64,000 bases of DNA from a virus. Positions 19,867 to 29,870 of this stretch are shown here, one piece after another; the first letter of the stretch is position 1; each line of letters starts with the position of its first letter. The stretch lies in IMG/VR virus record IMGVR_UViG_3300020474_000993; one strand, given 5' to 3'. Both the position numbers and the translations under genes were made by a program. The notes under the pieces were generated by a model. That model was not told the DNA's origin. It was given only the letters and a program-made list of their open reading frames with translations, and did not search any database.

Positions 19867-20132
19867 AAAAACTTTTAACATTATTTTTATTGTCGAGTGG
19901 TTGTGCTTCTAATCCACATCTAGATTTAAAAAGAGGTAATGGATACGGTGACGAATATTGTCCTACAAGTGGATATCTTCTCATAGGTTCTGTATCAGGA
20001 GTAGGTGCTGGAGTTATCTCTGGTTCAGCTGCAACAGGTGGTATAGTAGCACTTGTAACTGGATTTTTTATATGGGGTAATACTGTTCCTTGGCATGAAG
20101 TTAATTGTGAACCTATAGAGGAAAATGAATGA
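19863..20132 (+). CDS. putative lipoprotein/membrane protein
   Basis: GTG start, lipobox-like SSGC, Gly-rich TM segment. Confidence 0.55.
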   Translation: MKKLLTLFLLSSGCASNPHLDLKRGNGYGDEYCPTSGYLLIGSVSGVGAGVISGSAATGGIVALVTGFFIWGNTVPWHEVNCEPIEENE

Positions 20133-20425
20133 AGAAACTTACTACATTATGGATGATTTTTCTATGGTTTTTATTACTACCTATCATAGCATTCATACCA
20201 CATTCTAATTGCTGGTACTACTCTGTAAAGAGATGGATATTGGAGGGGTTTAAAGGTAAAGTCATTCCAGTTGAAAGTAGAAGATGGAGAGGATATCATT
20301 GTGTCTATCAAGATGTAGATGGTGTTCTATGGGAGTATACACTAAAGAAAATGCCTAGGTTTATGCCATGGTGGAAACTTATAGTATACAGAGGTATTGA
20401 AAGAAAGTATCGTGGAAAAGTTTGA
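20129..20425 (+). CDS. hypothetical membrane protein
   Basis: 98-aa ORF, N-terminal hydrophobic helix. Confidence 0.6.
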   Translation: MKKLTTLWMIFLWFLLLPIIAFIPHSNCWYYSVKRWILEGFKGKVIPVESRRWRGYHCVYQDVDGVLWEYTLKKMPRFMPWWKLIVYRGIERKYRGKV

Positions 20426-21029
20426 AGACATTCCTACTATGGGCCCAGAATGGGACTTTAGACAGATAGTAAAGGATTTGCCCAAACAAGGGAATTTATT
20501 GGAGATAGGTAGTTTTTTGGGTGCATCTGCTATTGCTTTTGCTAGAGAGTTTAAATCCGCGAAGAAACAATGGAACATACATTGTGTTGATATGTTTAGA
20601 GGTATGGAAGCACTTGGGCCAACTCCAAAGATTCGTGAATACATGAAAAAATTCACAATGGATGAAGAACTACACTTGAAGTTATTTAAAAAAAATATAG
20701 AAAAGTGGGATAATATAACATGGGAAAAAACATGGTTGGGTACAGAACTGGAAATTGAAGATTACGAACCACCATTTAAGGCAACAGCTTTATTTTATGA
20801 TGGAGACCATAAATATCAACCATTAATGAGGTTCCTAGAATCTCACTGTAAAAATATACCTTACCTTTTTATAGCTGATTATGAATTGAACTTCAAAGGA
20901 ACAATCAAAGCAGTTGATGAATATGTTACAAAATATAATAAACAACTTATTGTACTTAATTGTGCTAGATGGAACCCAAAGATTATGGTAAGATTTGAAC
21001 ATGAGTCCCCAGTGGCGTGTATATTATGA
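20397..21029 (+). CDS. class I SAM methyltransferase (Methyltransf_24-like)
   Basis: LLEIGSFLGAS, VD.F, YDGDH.Y. Confidence 0.8.
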   Translation: MKESIVEKFEDIPTMGPEWDFRQIVKDLPKQGNLLEIGSFLGASAIAFAREFKSAKKQWNIHCVDMFRGMEALGPTPKIREYMKKFTMDEELHLKLFKKNIEKWDNITWEKTWLGTELEIEDYEPPFKATALFYDGDHKYQPLMRFLESHCKNIPYLFIADYELNFKGTIKAVDEYVTKYNKQLIVLNCARWNPKIMVRFEHESPVACIL

Positions 21030-21661
21030 ATTACTTAGACTTTTTAGAAAAGAATGTTTTTAGTGGTAGAGTAGAAAATCAATCTGTATTAGAACTTGGT
21101 GCTTTGAATAGTAAAATAACTAATGTTATTGGTAGGTGTAATCCAAATTCAATATACACAGTAGACCCAGAGTCTTCTGGCAAACCAGATTTTAGGGGTA
21201 CTGCTAATGATTTTTATGCTGCTGACCATTTTACAGAACCATATGATGTTGTGGTGTGCATGGGATTATTATATCATTTGCACAGTCCTTGGCATTTAAT
21301 AGAATTAATTATTAATCATTCTCGACCAAAGATATTAATATTAGAAACTGCTCATAGTATTAGACACTCCGCTGGAGTAACAGTTGACTATGAAGAATAT
21401 AATACATTTGGTAATGCCTACGCAGATAAAGAAATAAAATACCCCATAAAAAGGAGGAGTGCTGTCGTAAAAGAAGATTGGATTGATGGAATACAAACAA
21501 CACCATTGAAATTAGAACAGTTGTGGGACTATAATGAAATGGATGGATTTTTTGAACAGGATAAGTTCTTCACACAATCAAAAAGAAATATGTGGATGGG
21601 GGTATTTAAATGGGAAAATCGATATGTCGGTGGACAATTACGATATCGAATGGCAAAATAG
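21026..21661 (+). CDS. class I SAM methyltransferase
   Basis: VLELGA, DVVVCMGLLYHL..P, LILET. Confidence 0.75.
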   Translation: MNYLDFLEKNVFSGRVENQSVLELGALNSKITNVIGRCNPNSIYTVDPESSGKPDFRGTANDFYAADHFTEPYDVVVCMGLLYHLHSPWHLIELIINHSRPKILILETAHSIRHSAGVTVDYEEYNTFGNAYADKEIKYPIKRRSAVVKEDWIDGIQTTPLKLEQLWDYNEMDGFFEQDKFFTQSKRNMWMGVFKWENRYVGGQLRYRMAK

Positions 21662-21672
21662 GGAGTGTTTAA

Positions 21673-21855
21673 ATGGGAAAATTAAGTAAATGGTTATATG
21701 ACAAAATGGAACCATACAGAGAATGGCAAGATACTTTGCCTTTTTGGAAACGATTGCTGGTTGAAATTATCGGAATCATAGTAATAACATCACCATTCAT
21801 ATTTTTAATATGGTTAATAACAGGAGAGGTATGGATATTCCTACCTAGTGCGTAA
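21673..21855 (+). CDS. small membrane protein
   Basis: GGAG RBS, one TM helix. Confidence 0.6.
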   Translation: MGKLSKWLYDKMEPYREWQDTLPFWKRLLVEIIGIIVITSPFIFLIWLITGEVWIFLPSA

Positions 21856-21856
21856 C

Positions 21857-22060
21857 ATGGCAAAAATAAAAAAACCAATAAATTTTAACAATAAGAAACC
21901 AAAGATTAAAACTGTGCCGAAGGAAGAGGCGTGGGAGAGATTATGGGGTTCTGAAAACACCATAAATAGTAGTTCCATAAGTGAGGAATTACCAGATGGT
22001 TATGAATGGAACGAAAAGAAAACGAAAATCATCCCGAAAGAAAGTACCGAAGACTCATAG
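21857..22060 (+). CDS. hypothetical protein
   Basis: short ORF in operon context. Confidence 0.5.
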   Translation: MAKIKKPINFNNKKPKIKTVPKEEAWERLWGSENTINSSSISEELPDGYEWNEKKTKIIPKESTEDS

Positions 22061-22355
22061 AGTTTATTGTACATACTTTCCAGATGGGAGATACTACATA
22101 GGTTACTCATGCAAGACCGAAAAGTTGTATGAAAAATATTATGGTAGCTCTAATATAGTAAAAGAGTATGAAGGTGAACTAACCAAAGAAACCATTGTCG
22201 AGTATAATACCAGAGCTCCTGCCAAGATACAGGAATTCTTGTTACAATGGCAACAACGCAAAGACGAAAACTGTTTGAACGATATGATTCATATAAGACT
22301 AAGAATGAGTTATTTAAAAGATTTTGAACCAATAGAATGGTCACCACAGTGTTAG
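22002..22355 (+). CDS. GIY-YIG-like nuclease domain protein (catalytic domain only)
   Basis: RVYCT....RYYIG...YYGSS...E...N; start uncertain. Confidence 0.6.
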   Translation: MNGTKRKRKSSRKKVPKTHRVYCTYFPDGRYYIGYSCKTEKLYEKYYGSSNIVKEYEGELTKETIVEYNTRAPAKIQEFLLQWQQRKDENCLNDMIHIRLRMSYLKDFEPIEWSPQC

Positions 22356-22807
22356 TACTGGAGACTAGTAAACACGCATTTGGAATAATGGGTAGGTGTG
22401 GTTCTACTGCTATGATACGGCGGTCTAAAAAGACACGCGAAACTAATACCAGAACATATGATTTCTGGAATGAATTAGAGAAAGAAAAATATATTATTCT
22501 GAGGAACCCTATCACTAGGTGGTACTCAGCTGAAAATTCTGGCATGGGTATAGACCCATATCACGCTTTGCCTTACATGCATAATATTGATTGGGCTAAA
22601 GTTACTGGTATAATACCTTTTGAAGATTTGGAAACTTATTTACCAAGGGGTAATTTTATATCTAGGGGCAGTGGTAGAGTATATAAGGGAAACCAACCAT
22701 CGTCTGTAATAGACCATGAGTTGACTTTATATCACATTATGAGAAAGAACAAACCAGTTCTTATGCCAGATAAGTTTAAGGAGATAGTAAAAGAATGGGA
22801 TTATTGA
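22337..22807 (+). CDS. sulfotransferase-like protein
   Basis: GRCGSTA (5'-PSB-like loop) and LRNPITRWYS (3'-PB-like motif). Confidence 0.5.
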   Translation: MVTTVLVLETSKHAFGIMGRCGSTAMIRRSKKTRETNTRTYDFWNELEKEKYIILRNPITRWYSAENSGMGIDPYHALPYMHNIDWAKVTGIIPFEDLETYLPRGNFISRGSGRVYKGNQPSSVIDHELTLYHIMRKNKPVLMPDKFKEIVKEWDY

Positions 22808-24135
22808 TAGGATTATTATTCTCAGCATTAGCAGTATCGGTAGTTGCCGCTTACTTTTCTATTGTTGGGTTGATGGCAATTTTTAGTGGACTACCACAGT
22901 CTATATTTGCTATGGGTGCGGTGTTAGAAATTGCAAAATTAGTTACAGCGTCATGGGTGTATCAGTATTGGAACAAGACACAATTTTTAATGAAGACATA
23001 CATGGTGGCTGCTGTTGTTATATTATCAATTATTACATCCGTTGGCATTTTTGGATTCCTATCTAAAGCACACCTAGACCAATCAGCTTCTACTGGTGAC
23101 GCAGTGGCACAAGTCGAGAGGATACAAGACCTAGTACAACGAGAACAGGTAAGAATAACCACAGCAGAAGAACAAATAGACCGTATCCAGAAAGGTGGTG
23201 TTCTGGATGTGTCAGAGAGTATCAAACAACAAGAGGAAATAAGAAACACGGCATGGGACAGAATACAGGATGATGTCCAGTACGCAGAAAATCAAATCGC
23301 AAAGATACGAGAATCACTGGAGTCTGATTTAAGTAAGAAACAATCAGAGTTAGATGCTCTTGATGATATAGTAAAATCATATACAGAACAAGGCACCACT
23401 GGTGGCGTATTCACTAGGGAAGATAATGTAGCGAAGGGTATAGAAATTAGAGAGACACAGAAACCAGAGAGGGATAGGATTGCCCTTGAAATGGGTGAAC
23501 TGAGAGGATACGCAGAGACACAGATTGCTGGATATCGTAATAACATAAAAGGATATCGGGATTCGGTACAGAGTACTATTGATGGTGCGGATAGAGAAAT
23601 AAACAGATTAAGAGAACAGGGTGCTGATGACCAAGCATCCAGAGATGAACAAATTGACACTATACAAGGCAGAATTGATAGTGCGTATATAAAGATTGAT
23701 GATTATAACATTGAGTTGTTTGATAAACAATCTATTGTAAGGGACATAGAAAAAGAAGTAGGCCCAATTAAGTATGTTGCCCAGTTGCTCTATGGTAACA
23801 GTGGTGCTGGTGCGGTAGATAATGCCGTTACTATTCTTATTCTATTGCTAGTGTTTGTATTTGACCCATTGGCGATTATGTTAGTACTTGCAGCCAACCT
23901 TAGTTTTAAGGAAAGGCAAGGGGAACTCATAACACCAATGTCAGTTGACGAAACAGTAGTTGAAGAGCAGATAATACCAGAGGAAGAACCATCGGGTATG
24001 CCTAGCGATGATTTACCAGAAATGGCGGATTGGGTCAAGGATAAGTATGGGACTAGCTCTGGGGTGGACAACCTTCCAGAACACGATAAAAGAAAATTGG
24101 AATGGTTGATTGATAAACGAAAAAACATGGAGTAA
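22795..24135 (+). CDS. multi-TM membrane protein with long coiled coil
   Basis: N-terminal TMs (LEIAKLV, GIFGFLSKAH), coiled coil, EVGPIKY, FVFDPLA. Confidence 0.75.
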   Translation: MGLLIGLLFSALAVSVVAAYFSIVGLMAIFSGLPQSIFAMGAVLEIAKLVTASWVYQYWNKTQFLMKTYMVAAVVILSIITSVGIFGFLSKAHLDQSASTGDAVAQVERIQDLVQREQVRITTAEEQIDRIQKGGVLDVSESIKQQEEIRNTAWDRIQDDVQYAENQIAKIRESLESDLSKKQSELDALDDIVKSYTEQGTTGGVFTREDNVAKGIEIRETQKPERDRIALEMGELRGYAETQIAGYRNNIKGYRDSVQSTIDGADREINRLREQGADDQASRDEQIDTIQGRIDSAYIKIDDYNIELFDKQSIVRDIEKEVGPIKYVAQLLYGNSGAGAVDNAVTILILLLVFVFDPLAIMLVLAANLSFKERQGELITPMSVDETVVEEQIIPEEEPSGMPSDDLPEMADWVKDKYGTSSGVDNLPEHDKRKLEWLIDKRKNME

Positions 24136-24136
24136 A

Positions 24137-25708
24137 GTGAAAAATATAATCATGATTGCATTGGCGATGCTAAGTTTCGGCGCCTATGCAGAAGAAATAG
24201 AAGAAACTATCGTGGTCGGTGCCAAAATATATAATGGATATTCAGACCCAATGTACGACACAAATCTTTTAGAAGGTATTCTATACACAAAAAGAGATAT
24301 TGCTGGTGGTTTGGGTGGATTTCATGGTATACAATTAAATGGTACTGATACGAAACATACCGCAGTATACAAAAACGGCGTGCCTGTCAATGACCCCAGT
24401 TCTGGGTGGTACGATTTTGGTAACGATTTACCAGCACATCAAAACATAAGAACTATATCTGGGCCTAATAGTGCCAAGTATGGTAGTGGTTCTATGGCTG
24501 GTGTAGTACTCATAGAGGATAACTTTGAGAGAAATCTTACAGTAGAGGGTGGTGAAGACTTATCTAAAATAGTAGCTAGTTATGAATGGTTCAATGAACA
24601 ACAAGAGGTAGGAGTACAACTTGCTCACTACAATGGTACTACTGGTTCTGCTATGACATATAACAATGAGTTGGATTGGTATGAAAACACCACAACAAAG
24701 TTTGCCTATGCAAATGCATATGGAAAACTAAATATTGAAAATGTAAATTACAGTTACGATTATGACCAGTGTTGGTATATGATGCCACCTAGTGAATGGG
24801 AAGATTGGATGTGTAATACTAAGGGTGAGAAGACCACAGTATCATTGAGAAATGAATGGTTCACTTTTGGATATACATCTAACGAAGCAGAACACAATAC
24901 TGGATATGGTATGGAGTCTGAAAGGTTATACGGAAATATTGTTGCCTATAAAGATACACAACATGAACTTGGAGTGACTTTACAAGAGGAAAAATACGAC
25001 AATAGAGATAGAGACACCCAAGCGATATACTATAACTGGCAAAATGATTTTTTTGGTATTGGATACAGATATGAGGAAGGTCAAAATATTGGAAGAATTG
25101 GCCTGCAACAGGGAGAATTCAGATTTTCAATTGCAAATAGTTACAGACTGCCCAATTTATATGAGCAGTTCGGTGATGCGTGGGTTTCTGATAATCCAGA
25201 CCTACAACCAGAATCGGGGATAGGAGTGGAATTTGGATACAAGGATGTGTCCATTTACCATTATGAATTCGATGAAGGTATTGATTTTGACTACAACAGG
25301 TATCAATATGTGAATTCTGGTGAATATTCTACACATGGAATCCGCTATCAAGACCAAATTTTGCTTGACAATGGGTCTCTTTTCGTGTATACTGAGTACA
25401 CAGAAACAGATAAAATTAGAGTACCTAGATATAAGACCAAATTAAGTTACTGGACATCTGGGAATTTTAATGGTATCCAATGGGATACCGCTTTGGAATA
25501 CATAGGCGAATTTAAAAAGGGAAAAGACTTTGATGCAAGAGCAATTGATGATGTTAATACTATTAATTTTAAGTTCGGGGTTTATGCAAACCCTACTGTC
25601 TATGTTATGATTTCAGTTGATGATTTAATGAATAACAAATACGAGGTTTTACCAGATTATGCTTCTGGAGGAAGAACAATACGACTTAGTATCGACAAAG
25701 TATTATAA
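24137..25708 (+). CDS. TonB-dependent outer-membrane receptor (BtuB-like)
   Basis: Signal peptide, TonB box ETIVV, plug motifs NGVP.ND and GP.S..YGSG..AGV, YRLP.LYE, NP.L.PE, C-terminal GR beta-strand. Confidence 0.85.
   Translation: MKNIIMIALAMLSFGAYAEEIEETIVVGAKIYNGYSDPMYDTNLLEGILYTKRDIAGGLGGFHGIQLNGTDTKHTAVYKNGVPVNDPSSGWYDFGNDLPAHQNIRTISGPNSAKYGSGSMAGVVLIEDNFERNLTVEGGEDLSKIVASYEWFNEQQEVGVQLAHYNGTTGSAMTYNNELDWYENTTTKFAYANAYGKLNIENVNYSYDYDQCWYMMPPSEWEDWMCNTKGEKTTVSLRNEWFTFGYTSNEAEHNTGYGMESERLYGNIVAYKDTQHELGVTLQEEKYDNRDRDTQAIYYNWQNDFFGIGYRYEEGQNIGRIGLQQGEFRFSIANSYRLPNLYEQFGDAWVSDNPDLQPESGIGVEFGYKDVSIYHYEFDEGIDFDYNRYQYVNSGEYSTHGIRYQDQILLDNGSLFVYTEYTETDKIRVPRYKTKLSYWTSGNFNGIQWDTALEYIGEFKKGKDFDARAIDDVNTINFKFGVYANPTVYVMISVDDLMNNKYEVLPDYASGGRTIRLSIDKVL
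25365..25393 (+). promoter_or_regulatory. internal sigma70-type promoter within the TBDR gene
   Basis: TTGACA-17-TATACT. Confidence 0.55.
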
Positions 25709-25721
25709 GGAAACTTACCAC

Positions 25722-26762
25722 ATGCCCACTCTTTTGACGAATGGATGTTCTATAACTCTTGGCGCAGAACTTGGCGAAACAACCAAGACACACAAGTCTG
25801 GGTTTGAGTATCAACATTGCGACACTAATTATAGAGATAATAATAGATGGTCAAGTAAACTTGCCTCTAAATTTGATATGAAAGCCATTAATCTGGCTAG
25901 AGGTGGTGGTTCTAATTGGCGTATATGGAGAAGTACACAAGATTATCTATTAGATAACCCGAATCAACCATACGCTGCTGTCATACAGATGACAGAACCA
26001 AGTCGATTTCAGATACCTATCAGTTATGATTTTGTAAAAAAGTGGAGACCAAGCAATAAGGTAAGAAATTTCCACGATTGGGCTGGTGGTGGTATATACG
26101 GCAGCTCTGATTATGGTGGGCAGTACGAAGAATATAGTCATTGGAATTGGGGCGAACAACACCAGTTGCAAAGTTTTATGAATGATAGGGTTGATAAGGG
26201 TATAGAAAATGGTAAGGTAGTTGATGAAAATCACTATGTTGACATGGCAGATGAGATTACAGGATATTTCCTAATCAATGACCAGATACACTGTTATTTT
26301 GACTATCTTAGACATATTCTATATCTACATCATTTATTTGAGTCATATAATATGCCACACCTAATTGTAGATATGCTAGAGGGGTTTACTATATGTCAGT
26401 TCATACGAGATGAGTTAAGTCAAGTCGAAGAGATGCCAGTTGATGTTTCAGTTAACAAGTTCTTCAATTACATTATACCACAAGACGCAGACCCAGAAAA
26501 GGTAAAGGTATGGTTTGATTATATAAAACGGTCAAACATGCATACAAAATTCAGCAATCTATTTAAGACGGTGGCCACCGCTAATTGGTTTGATGGTCAC
26601 CCATACAGGAATTACTTTTCAAAAGTAACCAGAGAATGCCCACGCGAGGGCATGAATGACATGTATATCGGAGAGATGCCCAGAGGACATCCCAATGAGG
26701 TGTGTCATACAGTAATCGCGGAAAGAATGTTTAGTGAAATACAAAGGAGAAATATATTATGA
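25722..26762 (+). CDS. SGNH-like (DUF6071-like) protein
   Basis: NGCSIT.G, NLARGG.SN, HPNE..H. Confidence 0.65.
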   Translation: MPTLLTNGCSITLGAELGETTKTHKSGFEYQHCDTNYRDNNRWSSKLASKFDMKAINLARGGGSNWRIWRSTQDYLLDNPNQPYAAVIQMTEPSRFQIPISYDFVKKWRPSNKVRNFHDWAGGGIYGSSDYGGQYEEYSHWNWGEQHQLQSFMNDRVDKGIENGKVVDENHYVDMADEITGYFLINDQIHCYFDYLRHILYLHHLFESYNMPHLIVDMLEGFTICQFIRDELSQVEEMPVDVSVNKFFNYIIPQDADPEKVKVWFDYIKRSNMHTKFSNLFKTVATANWFDGHPYRNYFSKVTRECPREGMNDMYIGEMPRGHPNEVCHTVIAERMFSEIQRRNIL

Positions 26763-27031
26763 CTAAATTAAACCGAGACCAACTAGTTGAAATGCTAGTA
26801 GAGAGTGAAGCTAAAATTGCCTATACCAAGAAAGATGGTACGGCAAGAGATGTATTTGCTACATTAAAACCTAGTATGATTCCAGAGGTGACTAATCCAG
26901 CACCAGTGAAAGAAACGCATTTAACTGTTTTCGATACAGAAAAACAGCAATGGAGGACTTTATTGGTAGACCAGATTGGAGAAATCGCAGTTGGAGTACC
27001 ACAAAAGACTCTTGTTGGCGCTTTAGCGTAA
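26759..27031 (+). CDS. Sm-like/SH3 beta-barrel (WYL_2-like) protein
   Basis: YTKKDGT.R...ATL, VFDTEK..WR. Confidence 0.75.
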   Translation: MTKLNRDQLVEMLVESEAKIAYTKKDGTARDVFATLKPSMIPEVTNPAPVKETHLTVFDTEKQQWRTLLVDQIGEIAVGVPQKTLVGALA

Positions 27032-27038
27032 AAAACGC

Positions 27039-27068
27039 TTGACACTTGGACTAGACTTGTGTTATCAT
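27039..27068 (+). promoter_or_regulatory. sigma70-type promoter
   Basis: TTGACA-18-TATCAT; spacer resembles that of primase promoter. Confidence 0.6.
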
Positions 27069-27098
27069 ATATAGCTATGATACACAAGGAGTCCAATA

Positions 27099-27611
27099 AT
27101 GGCAAAGAGAATAACTAAGGACGATTTTCGTTCTAACAAACCGATGCGTAGGCGTAGAAAACCTATGACTGAGGAACAGAAAGCTGCTGCTGTCGAAAGG
27201 TTAGCAAAAGCACGAGAGGTGAGGTTAAAAAAGAACCCACCAAAATTGAAGCATGTACATCCAGATGTATTAGCAAAACCCGATGATGATTGGTTATCAT
27301 ATGAGAAAGTAAAGGGTTGGATTAAATACAATAAAGATTTGATACCATCTCTCAACCAAGAGATAAGGGCAAATCAAAAGGGTGCTATTGCTAAACTAGA
27401 ATCAGTAAAAGGTTACATCCGACAGATGGAGACATATCTTAGACATGGTGTATGGTTATCAAATTTTTGTGGTGAAAACCAGAACAGAAAAGTAGTCTGG
27501 GAATGTATTGTTCCATCATACGACAAAGACGGTAATATCAATCGTCAAAGGGGGGTCTACTATAAAGACCTTGGATTTGTATGGGGAGAACAAGACAATG
27601 ATATTGATTGA
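27099..27611 (+). CDS. conserved T4-like hypothetical protein
   Basis: MTEEQK...ERLAKARE, Y...G.W.S.F.G; AAGGAG RBS. Confidence 0.75.
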   Translation: MAKRITKDDFRSNKPMRRRRKPMTEEQKAAAVERLAKAREVRLKKNPPKLKHVHPDVLAKPDDDWLSYEKVKGWIKYNKDLIPSLNQEIRANQKGAIAKLESVKGYIRQMETYLRHGVWLSNFCGENQNRKVVWECIVPSYDKDGNINRQRGVYYKDLGFVWGEQDNDID

Positions 27612-28482
27612 TTATAATCAAATTAGTATCAGCAATCTCATGGCAGAACTCAATGGTTCTAAAGATGGTGATATTAATATAGATTTGGTTCGCCACATGA
27701 TACTCAATACTTTACGGAGTTATAAAACAAAGTATGGTGAAGAGTATGGTGACCTAGTAATTGCCTGTGACAATAGGAGATATTGGCGCAGAAAAGTGTT
27801 CCCACAATACAAGGCAAGTCGCAAGAAAACGCGAGAAGATAGTGGATACGATTGGTCATCTATCTTTGAGGGTCTTTCACTAGTCAAACAGGAACTACAA
27901 CAACACATGCCATATCCAGTAATTGATGTGGATGGTGCTGAGGCAGATGATGTAATTGGTACACTGGCAGAATGGAGTCAGACAAATGATTTGGTACAGG
28001 AAGGTTTATTTGAATCCCCTAGACCATTTCTTATTGTGTCTGGTGACCATGACTTCCAACAGTTGCAGAAGTGGGATAATGTCGCCCAGTTTTCACCACT
28101 GAAGAAAAGGTTCGTGAAGATTAAAGAATCCGCTGAACAAATACTGAGGGAACATATCATACGCGGAGACAAGGGTGATGGTGTTCCTAATATTCTTAGT
28201 GAGGATGATTCATTCGTTGAGGGTATAAGACAGAGACCTATACGAAAAACATTGGTCGCTGAGTGGAAATCCACTAAACCAGAAGAATGGGTAACTGGAG
28301 AAATGGCAGCTGCGTATATCAGAAATAAAACAATGGTAGATTTATCGCAGACACCCACTGAAATAAAAGAACAAGTAATATTTCAGTATGAGAAACAACT
28401 GAATAAGTCAACTGAGGACATGTATAAATACTTCATGAACTACAGTCTTGATAGACTTGTTGAAGTGATTGAAGAATTTTAA
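27598..28482 (+). CDS. rnh: RNase H (5'-3' exonuclease, T4 type)
   Basis: YKASR, EADD, SGD.DF.QL, GD.GDGVPN. Confidence 0.95.
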   Translation: MILIDYNQISISNLMAELNGSKDGDINIDLVRHMILNTLRSYKTKYGEEYGDLVIACDNRRYWRRKVFPQYKASRKKTREDSGYDWSSIFEGLSLVKQELQQHMPYPVIDVDGAEADDVIGTLAEWSQTNDLVQEGLFESPRPFLIVSGDHDFQQLQKWDNVAQFSPLKKRFVKIKESAEQILREHIIRGDKGDGVPNILSEDDSFVEGIRQRPIRKTLVAEWKSTKPEEWVTGEMAAAYIRNKTMVDLSQTPTEIKEQVIFQYEKQLNKSTEDMYKYFMNYSLDRLVEVIEEF

Positions 28483-28493
28483 ATGAGGTAATT

Positions 28494-28985
28494 ATGCAAA
28501 AATTTAGACAAATGAATGAAGGGTTCAATTTCGTATTTGAAGTTGATACCATAGACGAGCAAGTGACTCGCTTAAAACAATGGGGTCAAACCAATCAAAC
28601 ATTGGTGCCAATAGTTAGACTAGGTATTGGTGCTGATAAGGCTGATTGGGGATTGCCAGACGGCATGCCCGAAACTACCAAATTAGAAGAAGGTACGCCA
28701 GATGGATTGGGTGCTACATCTATCCAATTGGAGTGGCGTAGGATTAAACAATTCACAGACCCAAATTCTAATATGAAAAATCTTCCGCCATGGAAGCAGG
28801 AAATGAATTGGTTACAGATTCTTGAGGGTATCCATCCAGAAGAGGCAAAAGTATTAACTGCCGTGAAGGATGGTAAACTATTAGATTTGTATCCTAAATT
28901 AGAAAAACTCATGGAGCCGCTTGGGATTACTGAATACAATAAACCCAAAAAGAAAAGAGCTCCACGCAAGAAAAAGGAAAAGTAA
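28494..28985 (+). CDS. conserved T4-like hypothetical protein (DUF6433-like)
   Basis: LP.G.P, LEGIHPEEA..L..VKD. Confidence 0.65.
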   Translation: MQKFRQMNEGFNFVFEVDTIDEQVTRLKQWGQTNQTLVPIVRLGIGADKADWGLPDGMPETTKLEEGTPDGLGATSIQLEWRRIKQFTDPNSNMKNLPPWKQEMNWLQILEGIHPEEAKVLTAVKDGKLLDLYPKLEKLMEPLGITEYNKPKKKRAPRKKKEK

Positions 28986-29242
28986 TGCCAGATTTCACAC
29001 CGCAATTAACACTATCTCTGAAACACTATTTCGAGAGCAATATAGAACGACATAAAATAAATGTACAAGTTCTAATGCAGAATGGCGTGGGAGTTGCTGA
29101 ACACCCAGATATAATGAAAACCATTGAGGACGAACTTGGCAAGATTGCTGAATACAAGGATAAACTAGAAGCACTAGATACACTTGAACCACATCCGCAA
29201 TCGACACTGAGTTTTTTAAAGGAAGATGGAACGAGCGACTAG
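28985..29242 (+). CDS. conserved T4-like hypothetical protein
   Basis: VGVAEHPDI...IE.EL. Confidence 0.75.
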   Translation: MPDFTPQLTLSLKHYFESNIERHKINVQVLMQNGVGVAEHPDIMKTIEDELGKIAEYKDKLEALDTLEPHPQSTLSFLKEDGTSD

Positions 29243-29759
29243 ATTCTTTTTATTTAAATGTGGCGGATGGAAGAATGAGTTTTGGATAGTAGATGAAAAG
29301 AGTCTACAGGAAGTACCAAAACCACGCGAGATGATAATTAAGTTCTCTAATATAGAACAGATTAGAGAATACGCAATCACCCAAAACCCACAAGACTTAC
29401 CAATAGTCGATAGGTGCAGAGACCGTACCGCTTGGCACACGCCAGAGGGTCGAGAACGCATAAAACAGGCTAAACTGGGTCAAAGTAACCCCAATTCTAG
29501 GGGACTGTCAGAAGCGCATAGGGCGAAGATATCACAAACGATGACAGGTACGCGGAGGGGTGAATTCAATCCCATGTATGGGAGACAACACAAAGCACAT
29601 ACCATAGAACTAATACGACAGAAGGCATATGCTCGCCCCAAGATGAGATGGGCAGTAGAACCTACTGGAAAATCCCATTTGATACGCGCTGACGGTGAAA
29701 TACCCCAAGAATGGCAATGGGGACGATATTACGACAAATACAGACCAAATGAGGAGTAA
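29226..29759 (+). CDS. NUMOD3 DNA-binding motif protein
   Basis: HT.E..E.I, SE.HRAKIS, G..NPMYG..H; no recognisable nuclease motif. Confidence 0.7.
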   Translation: MERATRFFLFKCGGWKNEFWIVDEKSLQEVPKPREMIIKFSNIEQIREYAITQNPQDLPIVDRCRDRTAWHTPEGRERIKQAKLGQSNPNSRGLSEAHRAKISQTMTGTRRGEFNPMYGRQHKAHTIELIRQKAYARPKMRWAVEPTGKSHLIRADGEIPQEWQWGRYYDKYRPNEE

Positions 29760-29760
29760 A

Positions 29761-29870
29761 AAAAGTTGAATTATTTTGCTTTTTCCTTGTATATCAATGA
29801 CTTACAAAGGCGCTTTTATCGCCGAAACGCTTGACTTTTGCTCCCATATCTGTCATGATCACTATGTAAT
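29761..29870 (+). promoter_or_regulatory. early promoter cassette (AT-tract, ATATCAATGACTTAC box, TTGACT-17-CATGAT)
   Basis: -35 at 29831, -10 at 29854; closely similar cassette at 36946-37050. Confidence 0.75.
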
